Shown one piece after another: positions 25,033-32,000 of a DNA stretch of 32,000 nucleotides. The translations under genes and the position numbers were made by a program. The stretch's first letter is position 1. Every line of letters begins with the position of its first letter. Below the pieces are notes generated by a model. It had not been told where the DNA came from. It searched no databases and worked only from the letters and a program-made list of their open reading frames with translations. This DNA is from Cupriavidus necator (GTDB lineage: Bacteria; Pseudomonadota; Gammaproteobacteria; Burkholderiales; Burkholderiaceae), in the NCBI RefSeq assembly GCF_016127575.1, contig NZ_CP066019.1:2550001-2582000 (forward strand), read 5' to 3'.

Positions 25033-26100
25033 ATGTTCAACTTCCGCAACGAGCGCAGCCGCAGCGGCCCCCGCAGCGGCAGCGAAACGCAGCGCCGCGA
25101 GCGCGGCCCGGCGCAACGGACGCGCGACCAGGGCCGGGGCAGCGGCTCGGAGGACTGGGGACAGGAATGGGGCGAGGACTGGCGCGGCGACAGCAGCGGC
25201 CAATCCGCGCCTCCGGGCCGCGAACGCGAGTCCGATCTCCATGGCGGCCCGTGGTACCAGCAGGGCACGCCTGCCGGCCAGCGCCGCGGCAGTTGGGGCG
25301 AACCGGGCTATGGCGCGGCCGACACGGGCGGCACCGGCCATCCGTACAGCAGCGGCTATGGTGGCTACCGGCCGGCCCCGCAGGACAGCGGCTACCGCAG
25401 CGAAGAACGCGAATCGGGCTATGGCTACCGCGATGAAGACCGCTTCGGCCCGCGCGGACGCCGCAGCGAACTCAGCGATGAGGATGACCCGCGCCAGCCT
25501 GGCCGCGGCTGGCACGGTGGTGAAGAAGAATGGGGTGAACGCGGCGGCCGCGCCATGCACTGGCGCGAAGGCATGGAACGCGACCGCGCGCAGCGCGCCG
25601 GGCAGCCGAGCTATGGCGGCGGCTATTTTGGCGATGCCGGCAGCGGTGGCCAGTCGTACAGCGGCGGCCAGCGTGTGTACCCGGATGATCCGGGCTACCG
25701 GCGCCACGCGTCCTATACGGCGCAAGCGGGAGCGCCAGGCGGCCAGCGCGCCGGGCGCCGTCCGGTCGGCCCCAAGGGCTACCGCCGCGCCGATGAGCGC
25801 GTACGCGAGGATGTGTGCGAACGCCTGGCGATGAACCCCTATGTCGATGTCCACGATGTCAGCGTGGAAGTGGCCAACGGCGTGGTGACGCTGGACGGCA
25901 CCGTGCGCGAGCGCCGCGAGAAGTACGTGATCGAGGACATTGCCGATGCCGTGTTCGGCGTCACCGAGGTGAATAATCACCTGCGCGTGCAGCGCCAGCC
26001 GGGCGCCGCGTGGGCGGCGGGCTCCGAGGTCGGCGGCGACGATGCGGCCGGCACCGATACTTCGGGGATCTCGCCTGAGCGCACGCTGAACAAGAGTTGA
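25033..26100 (+). CDS. BON-domain protein with a long disordered Gly/Arg/Tyr/Trp/Glu-rich N-terminal region
   Basis: Track ORF 24991..26100. I set the start to ATG 25033, after AGGAGG. About 260 aa of low complexity (SGY, GYR, EDWG repeats) are followed by PKGYRRADERVREDVCERL and a BON domain (VSVEVANGVVTLDGTVRERREKYVIEDIADAVFGVTEVNNHLRV). There is no signal peptide. Confidence 0.8.
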   Translation: MFNFRNERSRSGPRSGSETQRRERGPAQRTRDQGRGSGSEDWGQEWGEDWRGDSSGQSAPPGRERESDLHGGPWYQQGTPAGQRRGSWGEPGYGAADTGGTGHPYSSGYGGYRPAPQDSGYRSEERESGYGYRDEDRFGPRGRRSELSDEDDPRQPGRGWHGGEEEWGERGGRAMHWREGMERDRAQRAGQPSYGGGYFGDAGSGGQSYSGGQRVYPDDPGYRRHASYTAQAGAPGGQRAGRRPVGPKGYRRADERVREDVCERLAMNPYVDVHDVSVEVANGVVTLDGTVRERREKYVIEDIADAVFGVTEVNNHLRVQRQPGAAWAAGSEVGGDDAAGTDTSGISPERTLNKS

Positions 26101-26107
26101 TGCGCCC

Positions 26108-26743
26108 ATGCGCCGCCAGCCTCGCAAGCTGTGCCCGGACAGCAAGCTGATGGTGCCGCTGGATGCCCTGCGTCCCACCCAGATCACGGTAGGCGGCTAC
26201 CACGTCGCGCAGAAGGTCCATGTCACCCGGCGCGTGCCACCGGAGGACCGCGCCGCGTTCCTGGACCGGCACCGCGTACACCTGGTGATCGGTCCGGAAC
26301 AGGCCCTGTACGTGGTCGATCACCATCACTGGGTGCGCGCCTGGCACGATCTGGGGCTCACCCATGTGCCGGGCGTGGTGCGCGCCGACCTGAGCGACAT
26401 GGACGTGCCGGCGTTCTGGCGCCACATGGTGGCCGAGCACATGGTCCACCCTTACGACGAACACGGGCGCCGCCGTCCGCTGACGGAACTGCCTGCCGGC
26501 ATCCACGACATGCGCGACGACCCGTATCGCAGCCTCGAGGCCTTCGTGCAGCTGGCCGGCGGCTATCGCAAGGTCAAGACCGCCTATATGGATTTCCGCT
26601 GGGCCGACTATTTCCGCCGCCACGTGGCGGGCCCGTTCGACACCCCGCATCACTTTGCCATCGCGCTGGCGCAGGCGTTCCGGCTGGCCCACGCCGCGGG
26701 CGCGCGCGGCCTGCCGGGCTACATCGGCCCATTGGGGTGCTGA
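26108..26743 (+). CDS. ParB/Srx-fold protein (ParBc_2-like), paralogue 2
   Basis: ATG 26108 lies 8 nt after the BON gene stop; ATG 26150 is an alternative start. Motifs are LRPTQIT, LYVVDHHHWVRAW, HPYDEHG, MRDDPYRSL and LPGY. Confidence 0.75.
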   Translation: MRRQPRKLCPDSKLMVPLDALRPTQITVGGYHVAQKVHVTRRVPPEDRAAFLDRHRVHLVIGPEQALYVVDHHHWVRAWHDLGLTHVPGVVRADLSDMDVPAFWRHMVAEHMVHPYDEHGRRRPLTELPAGIHDMRDDPYRSLEAFVQLAGGYRKVKTAYMDFRWADYFRRHVAGPFDTPHHFAIALAQAFRLAHAAGARGLPGYIGPLGC

Positions 26744-26790
26744 GCCGGTTCAGCTGTCCTGGCCTGCTGCCATCGACATGGCGCAAGCCG

Positions 26791-27657
26791 CTATTGGGCG
26801 CCGGATACCACCGCCGGCACGCTTGCGGACTCGGCCTGCGGCATGCCCGGCTCGCCGGTGGCCGCCTGCGGTGCGGGCCGCTCCGCGGGCCGCTCGGCGC
26901 GCTCGGCGCTGACCGGGCCGGCGCGCGCGACGGTGATCATCTCGCGCAGCCAGTTGACCAGCAGGCTGCTGTAGCCGCGCTGGCTTTCCTCTTCCGTCAG
27001 GCCGTGGTCGGCACCCTTGATCACGCGGTAGGTCATGGAGCTGGCGTGCACGCAGGCATCCACGTAGCTCATCACCGCGGCGTGCGGCACCACCTGGTCG
27101 TGCTCGGATTCGATCACCAGCACGTCGCCGGCAAATTCCGCGCAAGCGCGCAGGGCGCGGTTGCTCTCGGGCGGCACCACGCTGCGCCGGTAGGCCACCA
27201 GGTCCTGTTCGCGATGCAGCTGGCGCTTGGGCAGTTCCCAGCCCGAGTCCATGTACAGCGCCGGCGCGCGGAACGCCATCCAGCGCACCTGGCGCAGCGT
27301 GCTCAGCAGCGCAGCCAGGTAGCCGCCGTAGCTGCTGCCCACCACCGCGATGGCGTTGCGGTCCACTTCGGGCTGGCGCACCAGCACATCGTAGGCGGCC
27401 ACCACGTCGGCCAGGTTGCGCATGCGGCTGACGGTCTCGTATTGCGCCTGGGTGCCGGCGTGCCCGGTCAGGTCGAAGGTCAGGCAGACGCAGCCCAGGC
27501 CTGCCACCTTGCGCGCGCGGGCCAGGTATTGCTGCTGGCTGCCGCCCCAGCCGTGGACAAACAGCACGCCCGGCAGCCTGGTTTGCGGGCTGATCAGGGT
27601 GCCGGCAATGGTGCCGCCTTCGCTTTCTATCTGCAGCAGGTCTTCATGCGTTGCCAT
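26791..27657 (-). CDS. alpha/beta hydrolase (dienelactone-hydrolase/S9-like)
   Basis: ATG 27657 overlaps the upstream gene by 14 nt. It has the nucleophile elbow GSSYGG, an acidic residue in ESEHDQVVP and His in KGADHGL. The C-terminal tail is Pro/Ala/Glu-rich. Confidence 0.8.
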   Translation of the reverse strand: MATHEDLLQIESEGGTIAGTLISPQTRLPGVLFVHGWGGSQQQYLARARKVAGLGCVCLTFDLTGHAGTQAQYETVSRMRNLADVVAAYDVLVRQPEVDRNAIAVVGSSYGGYLAALLSTLRQVRWMAFRAPALYMDSGWELPKRQLHREQDLVAYRRSVVPPESNRALRACAEFAGDVLVIESEHDQVVPHAAVMSYVDACVHASSMTYRVIKGADHGLTEEESQRGYSSLLVNWLREMITVARAGPVSAERAERPAERPAPQAATGEPGMPQAESASVPAVVSGAQ

Positions 27658-28837
27658 CGGAATCAGGCTCCAGTCGTGCGTATTTGGTCAACGGACCAGC
27701 GTGCCGGTCTTCTCCCTGGAAGTAGATCTCGGCGTCGTCCGGCACGCGCACGCCCTTGCCATAGACCTCGCGCGTGGCAGCCACCACGCGGGCGCGGCGC
27801 GGATCCTCGCGCAGCGCAGCCAGCGCCGCCAGTTCGGCGCCGGTCGCGCCGCCCACCCGCCAGGACTGTTCCAGCACGCCCCCAAGCACCTGCCCGTGGC
27901 CGGCGCTGCCCGCGGGCGGGCCGAAGGCGACGTCGTAGTTGCAGCGCGACAGCACCATGTTCCCGGCATCGCCATAGCACGCGAGCGCGGCTTCGTGGTA
28001 CACCATCGCGGCCCGCACCGCGGCCAGCGTGCGCGCGTCGAACGGGTGCCGCAGCAGCGCCTCGAGGCCGCCGCGCACCATCGTCAGCGTCGAGCCACCA
28101 TAGACCTTCTGCCCGTGGTTGTTGGCAGTGAGCCCTTGCGTGCCGCAATAGCTGGCCCGCAGGCCCGCCAGTTCCACCTGCCCCACGCTGTAGGTCTGCG
28201 GCGCGTCCAGGTCGCGCTCCGCCACCAGGCCATGGGCTTCCACCACGTCGGGCGCCATCGCGGCAAGCGCCTCGTCCAGCGAGCGTTCGTCGTGGACCAC
28301 GCGCTGGCCCAGCCCGCCGACGCCATACGGTTCTTTCAGCCGTACCGGCCCCAGCGCCAGCAGGCGCATTGCCGCAATCCGCGCGTCGCCGAGCGTGAAG
28401 GCGGTGAAGCCCGGCAGGGTAGCGCCCACCACGCGCTGCACAAAGTCCTCGGACCAGCCCTGCGGTGCTGCCGCGCCGGGTGCCACGAGGCCGTGCGTGA
28501 TCGCCTTGGTGGCCACGAAGGCGTAAGGCACCACCCCGCCAAACAGGTCGCCCGCGCCCCGCACGCCGAGGTCCTGGGCCAGCTTGCGCCCCACCAGCGT
28601 CTGCGCGGGCACCAGGTACGGCACAGGCAGCCCCGCATCAGGCGCGGCGTAGGCGCCTGCAAAGGTGAGACCCGCGATGTCGGCGACCTTGCGGGCAATA
28701 TTGGCAAGGGTCGTGCCATGGTGGCTGTCGGCCTTGCCCAGGGTCTCGCAACCGTAGACCATCACCGCGCGGCTGCGCGCCGGCAGGTTGCCCGGGGCGG
28801 CGCGCTTTTGATTCGTTGCCTTGCTCGGTTCGGACAC
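27644..28837 (-). CDS. DUF3182-family protein (probable ATP-grasp-like fold)
   Basis: Track ORF 27644..28888. I set the start to GTG 28837, which has AAGGAG 6 nt upstream; ATG 28888 and ATG 28762 are alternatives. The DUF3182 assignment (about 400 aa) is from recollection of the family and is unverified. Confidence 0.6.
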   Translation of the reverse strand: MSEPSKATNQKRAAPGNLPARSRAVMVYGCETLGKADSHHGTTLANIARKVADIAGLTFAGAYAAPDAGLPVPYLVPAQTLVGRKLAQDLGVRGAGDLFGGVVPYAFVATKAITHGLVAPGAAAPQGWSEDFVQRVVGATLPGFTAFTLGDARIAAMRLLALGPVRLKEPYGVGGLGQRVVHDERSLDEALAAMAPDVVEAHGLVAERDLDAPQTYSVGQVELAGLRASYCGTQGLTANNHGQKVYGGSTLTMVRGGLEALLRHPFDARTLAAVRAAMVYHEAALACYGDAGNMVLSRCNYDVAFGPPAGSAGHGQVLGGVLEQSWRVGGATGAELAALAALREDPRRARVVAATREVYGKGVRVPDDAEIYFQGEDRHAGPLTKYARLEPDSDGNA

Positions 28838-28891
28838 GGGCGGCTCCTTGCTGGTGGCTGTCGCTCGATGGAATGGAAGGGGCCGCATGGG

Positions 28892-29461
28892 CTAAGAGCT
28901 GGGTGCCACGGTGGGTGAGCGGCTCCCGGCATCGCTGCCGTCCAGCCGGCGCCCGCGCGCTGCGCGCGCCTGCCGCTTGGCGGCGTGGTTCTCGCGCGCC
29001 TCGTCCAGCGAATGGCTCGACTTGATACCGTCTTCCTTGTCAGCCAGCTCGGCCAGGTGGCGATAGAAGGTCACCAGCTGGCGCAGCTCTTCCTCGTCCA
29101 GGTCCTCGATCGACACCAGCATATTGCTGGCTTCGCGGTGCGAGGCGAGCAGTTCATTGAGCTTCAGGTGGACCGCGACCGCGTCCTTGTTCTGGCTCTG
29201 CTGAATCAGGAACACCATCAGGAAGGTGACGATGGTGGTGCCGGTATTGATGACCAGTTGCCAGGTCTCGGAATAGGAAAACAATGGGCCGGTGATGGCC
29301 CACGCGGCCACCACACCGACGGCCAGCACGAATGCGATCGGCGATCCGGCCTGGCGCGTGGCCGCGCCGGCGAAGCGGTCAAAGGCATGCAGCACGCCGG
29401 AATGCTTGCCGGACCCGGGTCGATGGTCAATGGCTGGCGGGATTGGGCTGGAATTGTTCAT
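28892..29461 (-). CDS. low-affinity iron permease (Fet4-like) family membrane protein
   Basis: Track ORF 28892..29650. I set the start to ATG 29461, which has GGGAG 9 nt upstream. The family-typical core is FDRFAGAATRQAGSPIAFVLAVGVVAAWAITGPLFSYSETWQLVINTGTTIVTFLMVFLIQQSQNKD, followed by HLKLNELL. Confidence 0.75.
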   Translation of the reverse strand: MNNSSPIPPAIDHRPGSGKHSGVLHAFDRFAGAATRQAGSPIAFVLAVGVVAAWAITGPLFSYSETWQLVINTGTTIVTFLMVFLIQQSQNKDAVAVHLKLNELLASHREASNMLVSIEDLDEEELRQLVTFYRHLAELADKEDGIKSSHSLDEARENHAAKRQARAARGRRLDGSDAGSRSPTVAPSS

Positions 29462-29518
29462 TGTTGGCGCTCCCACAGCGTGTGGCTGTTTGTGACTGGC
29501 GTCATTTGGTTGGTTTTT

Positions 29519-29534
29519 TGGCACTTGGCAAGCG
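29519..29534 (+). promoter_or_regulatory. sigma54-like element TGGCACttggcAAGC, also a tandem TTGGCA repeat
   Basis: GG-to-GC spacing is correct on the plus strand, but no plus-strand gene lies downstream. On the minus strand it lies about 60-70 nt upstream of the permease-like ATG. Confidence 0.25.
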
Positions 29535-29543
29535 CTGCTGTTT

Positions 29544-29571
29544 CGCCGGCGTAGCCGGCGAGTTACTTTTT
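29544..29571 (+). terminator. hairpin cgccggc-gta-gccggcg followed by agttacTTTTT
   Basis: It has a 7-bp perfect stem and a T-run 6 nt downstream on the plus strand. Confidence 0.25.
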
Positions 29572-29982
29572 GTCCGAGCGACAGAAAATAACCAAAGAAC
29601 GCGTCGCCTATGCGGCTGGCAATCAGTTCCACGGTGTTGGTGGTACGCACGGTGCTGCTTGCCGATTGGGCGTGGTTGCCCGTTCGACCCTGCTACGCCA
29701 TGTGAGTCAGTGACAGTGCCTGCGTTAACCCACTATTGAACGATCCCCATGCAGGGCATAGGCCGCCTGCTGCCAGCCATATCGCGGGGACGCCTACGGC
29801 TGCTACGCAGGCCCAAAATGCGTTGACGGTCATTGGGCGCTTGCGCGAAGCGCAGCCGAAGGCGTTGATGCGATGTCGCTTGAGAGCGCGGGCCACCGCC
29901 CGACTCCGGCGAAACAGCGGCGCTTGCCAAGAATGACGAGCGACCGCATGGCGCCAACCCAAGAGCCAACGCCCACTCCTCA

Positions 29983-30456
29983 TCACCTCCTCTTATCATC
30001 CCAAGGGTCATACCGATCCGCCTCCCAATAAGGCGAAATCCCGTAATACTGGTGAATGCTGGTCGCCCACTGCGAATCCGCCATGCTGGGCCAGTGGTCC
30101 TTGTCAAACCCCGGCGCGGCCTTGAGCCGATCCCTTTCAACACCAAGCACAAAACACTTGCGCCGCGTATCGAGCGTGAGCGCCGACCACGGCAAGGCGA
30201 AGAGTTTTTCACCAATGCCAAGGAAGCCGCCCATGGCCAGCACCGCGTAGGCCACGCGCCCACCCAGCACGTCGATCATGATGTGGTCGATGGTGCCGAT
30301 ATCGTCGCCGGCGGGGTCAACCACCTTGTTGCCCTCGAGCGTGTCGGCTGCCATCACGAATGGGCCAGGGCCCGGGGAATCGCGGTCGATGCCGCCGACG
30401 ATGGATGCGCCGTGCGGCGGCCGTTCTTCAGGGGGCTCAGGTTGGACTCGGGTCAT
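29983..30456 (-). CDS. PRC-barrel domain protein
   Basis: ATG 30456 lies after GGAG. The PRC-barrel pattern is LEGNKVVDPAGDDIGTIDHIMIDVLGGRVAYAVLAMGGFLGIGEKLFALPWSAL. Confidence 0.8.
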   Translation of the reverse strand: MTRVQPEPPEERPPHGASIVGGIDRDSPGPGPFVMAADTLEGNKVVDPAGDDIGTIDHIMIDVLGGRVAYAVLAMGGFLGIGEKLFALPWSALTLDTRRKCFVLGVERDRLKAAPGFDKDHWPSMADSQWATSIHQYYGISPYWEADRYDPWDDKRR

Positions 30457-30542
30457 GGCTATCTCCGTTTGGCGGGCCGCGGCGCGGGGCCCTGGGTAGA
30501 ATCCCGCCGCGGCACCTGGACTCAGGGTTGCGGAAATGCGCT

Positions 30543-31118
<576 letters not shown>

Positions 31119-31925
31119 TCAGGCGCTCATGTGGCGCGGGAACCTGACGGCGATGCAAACCCTGATCCGGTCGTTATCGCAGCCATCGCTTTCCGCGCTC
31201 AGCGCCGCCCCGTGCATTTCGACCATGCGGCGCGTCAGCAGCAGCGCGCTGCTCTGCCGGGCCGGGGTCGCGCCGTCCGGCGCCGCCCGGCGCCCGAAGA
31301 AATCGGTCAGCGCGGTCAGCCGGCTGGCGCTGCGCTGCTGGTCCAGCGGCGGGCTCTCGGTAATGCGCAGCTTCACGTGATCCGGCTCGCTCAACACCTG
31401 CACGCCGACCGAGCCGCCGGCCGGCGCGCGCCAGATGCAATGCACCAGCAGGTGCCGCAGCAGCGGGGCCAGCCGCTCGGCGTCGCCATCGATCAGATAG
31501 GCTGCTTCCGACGAATCCGCCGCACCGTCAGTGGCGACCGGCGACAGCAGCACGCCACGGGCTTCGGCGGTGGGACGCCGGTCGGCAATGGCCTGGGCCG
31601 TGAGCGCCAGCAGGTCCAGGCGCTGCCAGCGCGGTGCGCTCTCGTCGGCCAGCAGCCGCACGGCCTCTTCCATCTCCTCGATCAGCGCCAGCTGCTGCTG
31701 CATGCCGAAGCGAATCCCGTCCAGCGCGCGCTGCGCGGGCGCCGGCATGGTATCGAAGGCACGGTCCAGCACGTAGGCCCAGCTCTGGATGGCGTTCAGC
31801 GACGAACGCAGGTCATGCGCCGATTGCTCGATCAGCGCGCTCACCTCTTGCACGCTGCGCACGGCGCCGGCCGGCGAGGAAAGCGGAGCGTCCGGCATCG
31901 CGGATTGCGGGGGGTGCTGCGTCAT
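31119..31925 (-). CDS. soluble histidine-kinase-like protein with degenerate ATP-binding motifs
   Basis: ATG 31925; no TM helix. The HisKA H-box SAHDLRSSLNAI is intact. The HATPase-like region has an N-box LLRHLLVHCIWRAP (both Asn replaced), a G1 position reading ITESPPL and a G2 position reading SSALLL. Confidence 0.7.
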   Translation of the reverse strand: MTQHPPQSAMPDAPLSSPAGAVRSVQEVSALIEQSAHDLRSSLNAIQSWAYVLDRAFDTMPAPAQRALDGIRFGMQQQLALIEEMEEAVRLLADESAPRWQRLDLLALTAQAIADRRPTAEARGVLLSPVATDGAADSSEAAYLIDGDAERLAPLLRHLLVHCIWRAPAGGSVGVQVLSEPDHVKLRITESPPLDQQRSASRLTALTDFFGRRAAPDGATPARQSSALLLTRRMVEMHGAALSAESDGCDNDRIRVCIAVRFPRHMSA

Positions 31926-32000
31926 GTGCGGCTCGGCATTGGCACGTCCCCGGCCGGATTGGCCGGGTTGTATGCGTTGGAGGAAGCAAGAAACGTGCTG

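Overview
This 32-kb window is very GC-rich proteobacterial DNA. The gene content, and the norR-norA-norB arrangement with GGT-N7-ACC boxes, suggest a Cupriavidus/Ralstonia-type betaproteobacterium; that is an inference and was not verified. I call about 36 protein genes. I found no rRNA or tRNA gene, no CRISPR array, and no transposase or integrase. The window falls into four blocks. (i) 1-988 is a visibly lower-GC left flank with a truncated orphan gene and about 550 bp of non-coding DNA. (ii) 989-6244 holds redox housekeeping genes: a quinone reductase/LysR divergent pair, an NTF2-like protein, soxR with a textbook SoxR box driving a RidA-like gene, a cytochrome c, a secreted PAPVY-repeat protein and a DsbA-like oxidoreductase. 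(iii) 6266-21756 is an anaerobic/NO block: qNOR norB, the di-iron repair gene norA (ytfE family), a sigma54 promoter with three NorR boxes, norR, a phasin-like protein, a 7TM-PAS-GGDEF cyclase, ubiU-ubiV-ubiT (O2-independent ubiquinone hydroxylation), a nitronate-monooxygenase-family flavoprotein, an unassigned polytopic membrane protein and narX-narL. (iv) 21957-31925 is a block of small, disordered or DUF-type stress-like genes: DUF3309, DUF3008, two ParB/Srx-fold paralogues, a YghA-like SDR, a BON protein, an alpha/beta hydrolase, DUF3182, a low-affinity-iron-permease-family protein, a PRC-barrel protein, a TFPASDP-motif protein and a soluble histidine-kinase-like protein with a degenerate ATP site. 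Most long ORFs in the supplied track are alternative-frame artefacts of GC-rich DNA. The track also starts ORFs at GTG and TTG, so several starts were moved. I see no canonical defence, secretion or biosynthetic system. The least explored content is block iv and the membrane protein at 17438-18736. All family assignments come from motif recognition by eye; no searches were run.
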